A DNA stretch of 64,000 nt from a virus (taxonomy: Duplodnaviria > Caudoviricetes). The notes beneath the pieces were generated by a model. It did not search any database. It was given only the letters and a program-made list of their open reading frames with translations, and was not told the origin of the DNA. Location: positions 192,001-256,000 of IMG/VR virus record IMGVR_UViG_3300037484_000435, one strand, 5' to 3'. Made by a program: the position numbers and the translations under genes. This document shows, one piece after another, positions 16,763 through 26,203 of the stretch; the stretch's first letter is position 1; every line of letters starts with the position of its first letter.

Positions 16763-17947
16763 TCACCTTAACCCTCTCTTTTTTGCTACCACATCAGCAA
16801 TATTGGAAAGTAATACTTGAGTAATCCTCTCGCTATTATACAAATCAACCATATTTAATCTGGCCTGTTTGCCTACCTCAAAAGCCTCAGATTTATTGTC
16901 ATATACGTGACGCATCAACTCTGCGGCGTTTGGTAAATTAGGCTCGGCCCACATCTGTTCCCCCCTATAAAATTGATTCCAACCCATATTATCCACAAAT
17001 GTCAATTGGTACTTTACAGGGTAGGAGTTAGTTTCGTTTAGGAATTGCCTAGACCCCCCAAAATCAGTCGCGATGATAGGGTTGGCTGCAGCAGCTGCAT
17101 CCATATAAGGTAGCCCCAAGCCCTCACCTCGGTCCAACAATACATAACAATCACACTCCTCGTGAAGTTTTCGAATAGCCTCGTTGGTTAGTTTTTCTGT
17201 AATCAAGTAAACAGGTGCATAACCTTTTACTAAATTCAAAGACCGTTTCAAATTGGAGATATGTTCTTTAATTATGTCCCTTTGGTTTTGTTGTTCTTCA
17301 ACTCTGGTGAGGTAAGTTTTCAATACCAATAAAACATCATCCTGCTCCGTAAAGGCGTTGTAATAAGCCTTAAGTAGACCTGCTCCGTTTTTTCTTTCCG
17401 TCCACTGCTGGATTGAATAAAATTTGTAAGTCCCTTGACTAACTGATTCCTTTGGTTTAAAAAGAGAAGCGTCTACATAGTTGGGAACCAAATGAATCGG
17501 GACTTTTACTCCTGAATCTTTGAAGACATCAACGGACCACCTACTCTCTACAAATACGGCATCAAACTTATTACAACAGTCAACCCACATCGGGTCTAAC
17601 CTAGTTGTTTCCCATGCACACGAGAGTATGTTTATAGAATTAGGGTCTAGAAACTGTACACCAACCTCTGGACTGAGACGCACAAAATTTATATCATGCG
17701 GACAGGGCTGTCTACATAGACCATCAAATAGTTCAAAATCCGCACCTAAGTCGGGGCGGTCTTTTTCAAAAGAAACAGGGTGTATCCATAAAGGAACGCC
17801 CGCATCCTTCATACCCTTTACCCAATTTCTTACACCTTGAGCATAACCCGAGCCATCAAACGGGCAGGATACTACTCGTATCCCTTGAATACGAATCTCT
17901 GTCTGCGGCTGCGACTCAACCTTCTCTTCCATTTCTACTTTCCGCAT
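16763..17947 (-). CDS. GT-B glycosyltransferase family 4
   Basis: SGYAQGVRNW, FYSIQQWTERKN..GLLKAY, DRGEGLGLPYMDAAAAANPIIATDFGG. Confidence 0.9.
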   Translation of the reverse strand: MRKVEMEEKVESQPQTEIRIQGIRVVSCPFDGSGYAQGVRNWVKGMKDAGVPLWIHPVSFEKDRPDLGADFELFDGLCRQPCPHDINFVRLSPEVGVQFLDPNSINILSCAWETTRLDPMWVDCCNKFDAVFVESRWSVDVFKDSGVKVPIHLVPNYVDASLFKPKESVSQGTYKFYSIQQWTERKNGAGLLKAYYNAFTEQDDVLLVLKTYLTRVEEQQNQRDIIKEHISNLKRSLNLVKGYAPVYLITEKLTNEAIRKLHEECDCYVLLDRGEGLGLPYMDAAAAANPIIATDFGGSRQFLNETNSYPVKYQLTFVDNMGWNQFYRGEQMWAEPNLPNAAELMRHVYDNKSEAFEVGKQARLNMVDLYNSERITQVLLSNIADVVAKKRGLR

Positions 17948-19368
17948 TATACTACCTCTCCTTGACGCCAGTCACTGGGCAATTCCTTATTGGGGATTAC
18001 CGCTTCGGGCATGGGGGTCTTTAATTCTTCATACAGATTTTTAATTATATTGTCAAATCTAGGTACAATATGTCGTTCCCACTGTAAAGTATGCAAAACC
18101 CAGTCGTAAGCCTTTTCCGCCATCCTATGTCCTACCTCTGGTTTTTCATATAGCCGCTTAAGATACTTAATCATATCATTAACATTCATCTTGGGACGAA
18201 CAACTTCATTATCCATAGGGAGTACTACTCGCATATTGGGAGTATCCCCGCTCCTGCAAAGAAAGCCACGACCATCCGCAAAAATCTCTGTTAGAGATGT
18301 GTTGTCAGGAAAAATACAAGGTGTCTTAGTAGCCATAGCCTCTGTAGAACTTAAACCCCAACCTTCTCCTAACGCCGCACTTATACACACATCAGCACAA
18401 TTATAAAGTTCATTTACTATACGCACTGGAAAACCAGTATTAACATTGAAGTTCTTGGGAAAAACTATATCATCTCCCACTCTCAAATCCAAATGTTGTG
18501 CGACTCGGTTTAGGTCCCAACCAACATCTTTTTCTGCACAATGTAAATACAAAATACTGGCAGGACACTCCTTTTTAAACTCTTTGAAAGCCATCATAGT
18601 CGTAGGAATATCTTTCCTTTGTTGGTTACGGTTAACATTAATAATGATAAATTTATCCGCATGCGGACCAAAATAGAATTTACGCAGTCTTGCCCGCTCT
18701 TCGTGTGTAACAGGAAAAAACTCCTTGAGACTTATACCGTGGGGTATTACTTGCAAACGCTCTGCTATACTGGGATAAGCTCGTGCACATTGTGCTTTCC
18801 CCCATTCAGTATAAGTAATAGGTACGTCCGCCGCCGACATTGATTCAATCCACTCGGGCCACGGGACACCATCTATAGGAAAATAAACCAAACTACGGAA
18901 ATTCTTTCCACGCTTACGCATTTCTTGTATAACACTGGGGAGAAACGTCATGATGAAAGAATCCTGCAATAGAAATAGGATATCAAACTCCATTTGTGGA
19001 AGAATTTGCTGAATCTTCTCTCTACCATACGGGTCTCCTTGGGGATTAGGGAGCATAGGATAAATTTGGAAGGGGTATGGATGTGGTATGCCCATATAGT
19101 TCACACCAAAACAGTAGATTTCATAATCACCTGTCTCATAAAGATAGGGGAGAATGTTGCTAGATACTTTACCAAAACCTGTGGCTACGCTGGGAGCGTC
19201 ACCATAAAATACTAACCTTATTTTTTTCTTATTGTCCTGAGCAGGGGGCTTAAATGACCACCCTTGTGATTCTAATTTTGATAATGCTTCCTTTAGTTGT
19301 GAGTCGTTTAGGCCAACGCCACTATCCTTTCCGAGCATTTCGCTACCTGCTGGTATCATGTCACTCAT
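17947..19368 (-). CDS. GT-B glycosyltransferase family 4
   Basis: ATGFGKV, IPHGI, NVNRNQQRKD, GEGWGLSSTEAMATKTP. Confidence 0.9.
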   Translation of the reverse strand: MSDMIPAGSEMLGKDSGVGLNDSQLKEALSKLESQGWSFKPPAQDNKKKIRLVFYGDAPSVATGFGKVSSNILPYLYETGDYEIYCFGVNYMGIPHPYPFQIYPMLPNPQGDPYGREKIQQILPQMEFDILFLLQDSFIMTFLPSVIQEMRKRGKNFRSLVYFPIDGVPWPEWIESMSAADVPITYTEWGKAQCARAYPSIAERLQVIPHGISLKEFFPVTHEERARLRKFYFGPHADKFIIINVNRNQQRKDIPTTMMAFKEFKKECPASILYLHCAEKDVGWDLNRVAQHLDLRVGDDIVFPKNFNVNTGFPVRIVNELYNCADVCISAALGEGWGLSSTEAMATKTPCIFPDNTSLTEIFADGRGFLCRSGDTPNMRVVLPMDNEVVRPKMNVNDMIKYLKRLYEKPEVGHRMAEKAYDWVLHTLQWERHIVPRFDNIIKNLYEELKTPMPEAVIPNKELPSDWRQGEVV

Positions 19369-19603
19369 TCAATTTACCTCCATTGACTACCAATAAAAAT
19401 CTTTCAATTGTGGCCCGATGAAATTCTTTTGTAAATCCATCGGACCAATCTTTTATTATTAAAATATTTGGTTTATGCTCAACCAATTCACCAAAAATCT
19501 TTTCACCACTAATAAACTGTACACATACACTCCGTCCCCTTTTTTCTAATTTACGGGGCTTAGTGTGGTCAGTTATTTTGGAATCCATATCTCTCGTTAT
19601 CAT
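19361..19603 (-). CDS. Small protein, predicted Sm/LSm (Hfq-like) fold
   Basis: VCVQFISGEKIFGELVEHKPNILIIK...FHRATIERF aligns by eye with the Hfq Sm1/Sm2 pattern. Confidence 0.45.
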   Translation of the reverse strand: MITRDMDSKITDHTKPRKLEKRGRSVCVQFISGEKIFGELVEHKPNILIIKDWSDGFTKEFHRATIERFLLVVNGGKLNE

Positions 19604-20136
19604 TTTTTCTTTTTACTACGGGAAACTTTTTTGCGTACGGCACATTCCCCTCTACTCGATAAGATGTACCACCACCCTACAGTGTAGGCATCAGTAATAT
19701 CATTTCCCTTTTCAAAAGATTCCGGTAAATTATACTTCTTTTGGAAGAAGGCGTAGGGTTCTTCTTTATTATTCTTAAAACCCACACAACTCCGTGCAAC
19801 TGTAGCAGTAACAGTAATGGGGTCGGCCCCGAGCACTTCGAAGGCGGTTTGCATAATAATACCCTTCGCATTATTAAGGCGAGCATTAGTGAGAGCATTC
19901 TTTCCAGAATACGTTTCCTCAATTACCACTACATCGGCTCTTGTTGACTTTATCAACTTAATCAGTTCATTTCTTATGTAAGTTAGCTTAAATCCCAAGG
20001 ACATGGTAGGTTTAGTTGTGATGATTCCGTATTTAGAGGCTTTTACCCCCTCCCATCCTTCACCACCTTTGTTTTCTAATACAACCCATCCACTGTGATT
20101 TAATGCACCATCTATCGCTAGTATACGCATTATCAC
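19600..20136 (-). CDS. ruvC: RuvC-like Holliday junction resolvase
   Basis: [29 protein letters not shown] catalytic carboxylates. Confidence 0.85.
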   Translation of the reverse strand: MIMRILAIDGALNHSGWVVLENKGGEGWEGVKASKYGIITTKPTMSLGFKLTYIRNELIKLIKSTRADVVVIEETYSGKNALTNARLNNAKGIIMQTAFEVLGADPITVTATVARSCVGFKNNKEEPYAFFQKKYNLPESFEKGNDITDAYTVGWWYILSSRGECAVRKKVSRSKKKK

Positions 20137-20951
20137 CTCGTACTATATATTCTCTCGGCAATCTTCAATAAAGCCTTTTTATCCTCCTCTGAAATATTAC
20201 TTTGCTCAGGATAAATTACCTTAAACATTAAAACGAGGGCCCCCGCGGGGCCTTGAAAAGGACCATGGTTTCCACCGTCCTTTATAAGTTTGGTGCCGTC
20301 AGGCCTTATATCCGTTAAAGTAACATCCCTCTCAATTTCTACCTGAATCAGACCGGTTCCACCGCAACGTGTACACATATTCTCTTTAAGAATACCTGTG
20401 TTTCCACAATCGCCGCACGGGGAATCTATTACCCTACGTTGGCGACCAGCCTCTTTAACCTCTCTCTTAATCCCGTGACCCTCACAAGCTGGACAATGCT
20501 TCAAATCCGCACCATGACCACTACATTCATCACAAGGTTCCAAACGACCGTAACGTATTCTAACGTCTAAGCCTAACATCAATTGAAACGGTGTCACGTC
20601 GAGAACCAAATGAATTGGTTTTCCTACCAGAGTACCGTGCTCGGGTATAGGTGACGGAGGTGGTCTGTCAAATGTAAAAGAAAAGTTAACACCATTCATC
20701 CCAAATGGAAATGGCCCAAAACCACCAAATCCCGCGAAGGGACCTTGGGGCTTTGGGTTATCATATACAAATCGTTTTTCGGGATTAGAAAGAATCTCGT
20801 AAGCTTCCGCAATTTCTTTAAATTTATTTTCAGCCTCTGCGTCACCTGGATTACGATCAGGATGAAACTCTAACGCAAGCTTTCTATAAACTTTTTTAAT
20901 CTCATCAGTCGTCGCATCACGCGGAACTCCCAGAACATTATAATAATCCAT
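20133..20951 (-). CDS. dnaJ: DnaJ co-chaperone (J domain, G/F region, 4 CxxCxGxG repeats, shortened C-terminus)
   Basis: [29 protein letters not shown]; [32 protein letters not shown]. Confidence 0.92.
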   Translation of the reverse strand: MDYYNVLGVPRDATTDEIKKVYRKLALEFHPDRNPGDAEAENKFKEIAEAYEILSNPEKRFVYDNPKPQGPFAGFGGFGPFPFGMNGVNFSFTFDRPPPSPIPEHGTLVGKPIHLVLDVTPFQLMLGLDVRIRYGRLEPCDECSGHGADLKHCPACEGHGIKREVKEAGRQRRVIDSPCGDCGNTGILKENMCTRCGGTGLIQVEIERDVTLTDIRPDGTKLIKDGGNHGPFQGPAGALVLMFKVIYPEQSNISEEDKKALLKIAERIYSTR

Positions 20952-20974
20952 GTATCATCCTTTTAGACTTTTAA

Positions 20975-21691
20975 TTACAACACTTCAAACCTATTGACAC
21001 GAAAATCAGTCTGCCAATTAGACTGCTCTCCCTGTTTGGAAGCATCCCACCTATTGGCGTTTGCCCACACTCTAACAGGAGTACCTACAGGCAATTGGGC
21101 CATAGCCTGAGCAATTGCACCCCAAGCAGACATCGCAAAGCGGACATCTCTGACAGCGGGTGAGCCATCAGGATTAAATACTTGCTGACCACTTTCGTAA
21201 ACAAAAGATTCCCAAGCTAATAGAAAGCCCACTCGTGTAACAGAACCATCGGGGGCATTCGTAACTCGGACATTATTAATGTACCCATCCATCATCAAGA
21301 GGTTCATACGCTCCATTTGTTTACGGGTACACTGTAATTTAACTACTGGGTTACCGCCCTGCCCCTGTTGTGGGGCTTGCTGCTGTCCCTGTTGAGGCCA
21401 ACCACCTTGTTGCTGTGGGGCTTGCTGCTGCTGCGGCCAACCACCTTGTTGCTGTGGGGCTTGCTGCTGCTGAACAGGTGCCTGTTGAGGAGGATACTGT
21501 TGTTGCTGTTGTTGTTGCGGGGGCTGCTGAACAGGTGCCTGCTGTTGTGGAAGCTGTTGATACTGTTGCTGCGGTACCTGCTGTTGCTCCTGTGGTGGTG
21601 CCATCGGCTGTTGCTGTGGGTTATACTGCTGTTGCTGTGGCATATACTGGCCCTGCTGTTGCTGGGCATACGGATCGTAAACTGTTTCCAT
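20975..21691 (-). CDS. ssb: SSB-like OB-fold protein with N-terminal Q/P/G-rich disordered region
   Basis: C-terminal NLLMMDGYI...RFAMSAWGAIAQAMAQLPVGTPVRVWA...FRVNRFEVL matches the SSB OB-fold pattern; lies directly downstream of primase. Confidence 0.7.
   Translation of the reverse strand: METVYDPYAQQQQGQYMPQQQQYNPQQQPMAPPQEQQQVPQQQYQQLPQQQAPVQQPPQQQQQQQYPPQQAPVQQQQAPQQQGGWPQQQQAPQQQGGWPQQGQQQAPQQGQGGNPVVKLQCTRKQMERMNLLMMDGYINNVRVTNAPDGSVTRVGFLLAWESFVYESGQQVFNPDGSPAVRDVRFAMSAWGAIAQAMAQLPVGTPVRVWANANRWDASKQGEQSNWQTDFRVNRFEVL
21397..21473. repeat. 39-bp-period tandem repeat encoding QQQAPQQQGGWP within CAG-rich coding sequence
   Basis: ggccaaccaccttgttgctgtggggcttgctgctg at 21397 and 21436. 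Confidence 0.85.
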
Positions 21692-21693
21692 TA

Positions 21694-22791
21694 CTAGCTC
21701 CTTAAATTTTCTCCAATAATTTGGTGTAGTTGTTGTGGTGTTAATGTACTTGGATCGTGTCCATCTGGCATATCTATAACTTTTATATCACAAAAATAAC
21801 CTAACTCGCTTTTTGTTCGTCTAGAACCATTTCGTCCTGCGTCGTCTCCGTCTAAGATAACAACAAGACGTTTAAGATTTAAATTTTGCATAAGTAGAGA
21901 CCCTTGATCGCCTTGTAATCCCGCTCCCATACAGGCAGCTGTATTCCAATAACCATTAGCTACCATGGACCAACAAGCCTTATACCCTTCCACCAAGAAC
22001 AAATGTCCGTCAGATTCCTTGATGTAGTTTTTGGCTCTATAATAGTTATACAATACTTTGCCTTTCGGAAAACCTTGGGGGTCTATATTGTAACGCATCT
22101 TATTATCTATCCCATCGGTGCGTCTACCGTCCCAAGCTACTATTCGGCCATTTGTATCTCTTATAGGAAAACTAGCTCTCGGTATTCCATAACGGTCATA
22201 ACAGAAACCTACTTCAAAGTAATCCTGAATCTCGTGGCTGTAACCTTTGTTATAAAAAAAGTCTGTGCGGTTTTGTATCCAGCCAAAAACAAATTCCTCT
22301 ATATTATAACTAGTACACAAATCCATCTCTGTTGAATTTTTTTGTGATCGGCGGACAAAATCAGAGAGGTCTTTCTTAATCGCGGCTACATAAGCCACTT
22401 TAGAATTATCGTCTGATAAATTGATTCCAGATAAACCAGCCAAATACAGAACTGCGTCAACAAAGTTGCAATTGGTTGCCAACTGCACTAGTCCTATTAT
22501 ATCACTATATCCTTCATGACACTGGTGTGTGAAACACTTCCAAAAACCTGTTGATAAGTTAATTGAAAACGCACCTTTGTTATCCCCGTGGTGTATAGGA
22601 CATGTATTGCTGCCCCATCCGTTACTTACCCGATTTAAAAGGATACCAACACTACTCAGTACCAATTCCACATCCACTATCTGTTTAATATGTTCAACTA
22701 CGCCCTTGTTAATATTAGGACGGTTATTGCCCGATGACAGGGAGTGGGCTATCGGTCTGTTGGGATAATTGTTTATAGGCTGCATTTGCAT
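21694..22791 (-). CDS. dnaG: DNA primase (CHC2 zinc finger + TOPRIM, no C-terminal helicase-binding domain)
   Basis: CPIH...WKCFTHQC, FPIRDTNGRIVAWDGR, FLVEGYKAC, ILDGDDAG; GGAGGT SD before ATG. Confidence 0.9.
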   Translation of the reverse strand: MQMQPINNYPNRPIAHSLSSGNNRPNINKGVVEHIKQIVDVELVLSSVGILLNRVSNGWGSNTCPIHHGDNKGAFSINLSTGFWKCFTHQCHEGYSDIIGLVQLATNCNFVDAVLYLAGLSGINLSDDNSKVAYVAAIKKDLSDFVRRSQKNSTEMDLCTSYNIEEFVFGWIQNRTDFFYNKGYSHEIQDYFEVGFCYDRYGIPRASFPIRDTNGRIVAWDGRRTDGIDNKMRYNIDPQGFPKGKVLYNYYRAKNYIKESDGHLFLVEGYKACWSMVANGYWNTAACMGAGLQGDQGSLLMQNLNLKRLVVILDGDDAGRNGSRRTKSELGYFCDIKVIDMPDGHDPSTLTPQQLHQIIGENLRS

Positions 22792-24151
22792 CCGAAACCT
22801 CCATCATAGGTTGTACCTGAGAAACAACAAATTTAAAACAATAACCATAATACCTCAAATTTATACCACTAATAATAGACCCAGTATACCGACCCCTATA
22901 AAGTTGCAGTCGATGAGTACCAGCATTTTGTTCCTGTTGAATTTCTTTGGGTGTCTTCCAGTTAAGCATAAAGGCAACATCAGCTACCTGCAAAACTCCA
23001 TCGGATTCCGCTAATGACTCGCCGCCCGTTCTGCTTTGGCCTTCGCCTTTTCGGTTCTGCTGTAACGCCGTTAACCCAGTTATATCCAACTCACCCATGC
23101 TATCTTTGAGGTTTCGTGCTAGGTCGCCAATTACTTGCCAGCGTGCCCTATCCTCTTCTCCACCAGAAGGTTCCTTGATATAATCGAATACGACTAAGTT
23201 CACACCATGATTATAAACGTAACGTTTAATTGTGTTTATTACTTGGGTACGTTTAAATCCAGGAATGTATTCATGAAAGAAAGAACCTTTCCTTTTATCC
23301 ACCAAAGAAGAAGCCATCTCAAAATTCTTTTTGGCTTGCTCATCTGGGTACCAAGAACCATCTAACAGACTAAGACCATCTATATTTCCTATATTGGCTG
23401 CCATACGAAAAATGAATTCGTTCTCGGTGCCCATTTCCGTGTCAAGGTATAACACCCTAACATCTTGATTTGACAAGATGGAAGCATAAATAGCCCATTG
23501 CATTAACAATGCTGATTTACCTTCCTTGGGTCGGGCGGCTACAAAATACAAACGTCTTTTTAACCAACCTAAAGTAGCGTTATCAAGGATAGGCATACCA
23601 GAATAGATACCCTGATAGTTTTCCTTATTATGTACCCTATCCATAATAGCATCACGAAATATTGTTGAAATATCTATAGGCTCATTCACGCTTGTCTTAT
23701 TACCGATATTATATATATCGGTTTGTACTTCATCAAGGAGCCCCTGTGCAGACACCGCAACCCCTTGTGTATGTAAGGTATTAATGTGTTTAGACAGGGT
23801 ATTATAAAGACGGCTCTTAATCTGTGTGTCCAAAAAATCTTGGAGATAAGAACCAAAGTTGATGTCGCTCACATTCGCCTTATATAATGAGACCAAGTAA
23901 GAGTGTAATTGTTCCTTAGAAAGTTCTGGTAGATCGTAAGTAAATAAAGAGCTAAATACCAAATCTATATCAAAGGCGGTATATCCCCTTTGAAACAGGT
24001 TATTACACGCCAAGAGTATGGCGCGGTTTACTGGAGACTTGAAAAAAGATATGTCGACTTTACCATCTAGTTCGATTAACAAAAAAGGTTTCTGTAGAAC
24101 ACACGCTAGTAATGCTCTTTCCAAATGAAGAAACCGGGAATCGTCCCACAT
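22724..24151 (-). CDS. dnaB: Replicative DnaB-like helicase
   Basis: AARPKEGKS Walker A, LYLDTEM, LVVFDYI Walker B, ALQQNR, LYRGRYTG. Confidence 0.88.
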   Translation of the reverse strand: MWDDSRFLHLERALLACVLQKPFLLIELDGKVDISFFKSPVNRAILLACNNLFQRGYTAFDIDLVFSSLFTYDLPELSKEQLHSYLVSLYKANVSDINFGSYLQDFLDTQIKSRLYNTLSKHINTLHTQGVAVSAQGLLDEVQTDIYNIGNKTSVNEPIDISTIFRDAIMDRVHNKENYQGIYSGMPILDNATLGWLKRRLYFVAARPKEGKSALLMQWAIYASILSNQDVRVLYLDTEMGTENEFIFRMAANIGNIDGLSLLDGSWYPDEQAKKNFEMASSLVDKRKGSFFHEYIPGFKRTQVINTIKRYVYNHGVNLVVFDYIKEPSGGEEDRARWQVIGDLARNLKDSMGELDITGLTALQQNRKGEGQSRTGGESLAESDGVLQVADVAFMLNWKTPKEIQQEQNAGTHRLQLYRGRYTGSIISGINLRYYGYCFKFVVSQVQPMMEVSDANAAYKQLSQQTDSPLPVIGQ

Positions 24152-24154
24152 GTT

Positions 24155-24619
24155 TTATCTCCTGTTTTCTCTCCGCTTTAGTTCGTACTTTAAAACTTGG
24201 ATGTGTTCTGAGAGTCTCTCTGGCATCCGCTCATAGTATTTTGCTTTTTCCTCAGCATCAGCCAGACGTTCCTCAATTTTTTGTAATTCTGGATTAGCTT
24301 TATATGCCCTTACCATCATAACATTACCACTTGTACGATCAGTGATACCGTCTAACCCAGAAATAGTTAAATATTTTTGTCCTTCATAATAACGTTTTAA
24401 CTTGGCGGATTCCGCCTGTAATTGGTTTCCAAAAAATTGTACATGACTCAAGAAACGAGACAACGCAGCCAAAGTAATGCTAATAATCTCGTCAGGCTGG
24501 TAGGGTATAGTACGAATAAAGTCATCACTAAAACTTTTTTGGACAAGGTTGTCAACATCTGGATAATTTTCTAAGAGGATGTCCACAAACCATTTTGTTT
24601 TAAATTCAGGTATTGTCAT
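24155..24619 (-). CDS. Helical hypothetical protein, possibly UvsY-like recombination mediator
   Basis: All-alpha, long C-terminal helix; located between recA and dnaB; family resemblance only. Confidence 0.35.
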   Translation of the reverse strand: MTIPEFKTKWFVDILLENYPDVDNLVQKSFSDDFIRTIPYQPDEIISITLAALSRFLSHVQFFGNQLQAESAKLKRYYEGQKYLTISGLDGITDRTSGNVMMVRAYKANPELQKIEERLADAEEKAKYYERMPERLSEHIQVLKYELKRRENRR

Positions 24620-24966
24620 TTCTTGGCCCTGTTCTGATAAATGAAATGAAAGAGTTCCGCTGCAGTGGTCGGTTTTTGATTGAAAGGAATTTCAACCAAT
24701 ATCGCCTTCTGTTTTCGTGCCCAATCCCTCTTGGCTTGGTCTCTCGCCAAGTATGACTTGAACCCTTCCTCGGATTGGTGATAGTGGGGAACAAACTTAT
24801 AATGTTGTTCCCCTTGGCATTCTATAGCCAAATTCATTGATGGGATAAAGAAGTCTATGAACAACTGGTCCCCGCCAAACTTAACCGCGTATTGAGATAA
24901 AATAGTACACCTAGGAAAAGCTTCATTCAGAAGTTCTTCTATATCGTCCTCGAAATTACTCGGCAT
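24616..24966 (-). CDS. DUF559/Vsr-like PD-(D/E)xK endonuclease
   Basis: FIDFFIPSMNLAIECQGEQHY...RDQAKRDWAR...LVEIPF. Confidence 0.8.
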   Translation of the reverse strand: MPSNFEDDIEELLNEAFPRCTILSQYAVKFGGDQLFIDFFIPSMNLAIECQGEQHYKFVPHYHQSEEGFKSYLARDQAKRDWARKQKAILVEIPFNQKPTTAAELFHFIYQNRAKK

Positions 24967-26203
24967 CTTCGTCTGCTCCTATAATCTCTACGTCTAGGTC
25001 TTCAACCTCTACTATCGGTACTCTACCGATTAACTGCATAGCCTTTACATCATTCCATAACTTCTGAAGTACTTCTGGGTTAGAGTCGATGTAATCCGTA
25101 GCTTGTTCCATTCCACGACAATGGTAATCATAAATTGTATAATTTCCACCGCCGCCCTGCTTAATTACACTTAAGGATGTTCCCATCTTTAAAAGCTCAC
25201 CAGCAGTAAGGAATCTCTTACCAAACTCTAGGAAAACTTCAAACTGTTTGAAGAATGTATCCCCGGAGTGGTTTCGGAATATTGTACCGCGAGACCACTG
25301 GCCCTTGTACTTTGACTCCTCTTGCACAAACTTACCACTAGCATCTTTTGCCCCTTTCTTATATCCTGACTGAAAGTTATCAAAGAATATAGAGACCGAG
25401 ACACCATGCTTCAAAGCGTAGCCACCACCTTTGTTGTACTGGTTCATACCAAACGAGAACTGTCCTGCTTTTAAGTTAGCCCTAACTTGATTAATAAGTA
25501 ACATTGGGACACCTGTCCGTGCAGCGGCCCCCGTCAACTTAGGAAGCCAATCAGCAATAAACCCAGCTTGAACTCCGTAATGACTAGTCTGGTCATCCTT
25601 CTTAAGTTTTTCCCAAGGTTGCAGAGCACTTATACTATCTAGCATAATCAGGGAAGTCCCCGCACTCTCCGCAAAAGAAAACATGAGACCAAAGGCATCT
25701 TCACCACTACTTGGTTCTACAAAGAAAGTATGGTCAGGATGAAAACCGCCTCGCCACTGATTCAAGAGTCTCCTATCGAATTTGTGTTCAGCATCAATAA
25801 ACACTATTCCTGCTGGTACACTAAGGTCCCCTTCTGCCCTTTTCTTCAATGCTTGCTGCTGGCGATGCCACGCGATTTCTAATCCTAAGCTAGTTTTACC
25901 ACTGCTAGGTGGACCCCATAATTCAATCATTCGTCCTTCGGGTAATCCCTCTCCACCAAGGGCGGTATCTAACCCCAAACAACCACTACTGAACCTACCC
26001 TGTTCTAACTTATCTTGCTCATACAGCCAAGCCATAAAACTATTTTTGAACTTACCACCGATCGCCGCCGACGTCATTTCAAATGCTAATTTGGCATCTA
26101 TAACTGCAAGCTCCCCCTCAGCTTTAGTTTTGGACTTTTTTTCTTTAGTTTCTTTTTTATCCTTCTTAACTTCTTTAACTTCATCCGTTTTCTTTTTTGC
26201 CAT
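24956..26203 (-). CDS. recA: RecA/UvsX recombinase
   Basis: SSGCLGLDTALGGEGLPEGRMIELWGPPSSGKTS, FIDAEH, IMLDSISAL, LLINQVR, GGYALKH; Lys-rich N-terminal extension. Confidence 0.93.
   Translation of the reverse strand: MAKKKTDEVKEVKKDKKETKEKKSKTKAEGELAVIDAKLAFEMTSAAIGGKFKNSFMAWLYEQDKLEQGRFSSGCLGLDTALGGEGLPEGRMIELWGPPSSGKTSLGLEIAWHRQQQALKKRAEGDLSVPAGIVFIDAEHKFDRRLLNQWRGGFHPDHTFFVEPSSGEDAFGLMFSFAESAGTSLIMLDSISALQPWEKLKKDDQTSHYGVQAGFIADWLPKLTGAAARTGVPMLLINQVRANLKAGQFSFGMNQYNKGGGYALKHGVSVSIFFDNFQSGYKKGAKDASGKFVQEESKYKGQWSRGTIFRNHSGDTFFKQFEVFLEFGKRFLTAGELLKMGTSLSVIKQGGGGNYTIYDYHCRGMEQATDYIDSNPEVLQKLWNDVKAMQLIGRVPIVEVEDLDVEIIGADEDAE

Noticed and set aside
21343-21705. Three extra ORFs of about 110 aa overlapping the ssb-like gene
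   Set aside because: Stop-free shadow frames caused by the CAG/CAA-rich repeat; no SD sites and low-complexity translations
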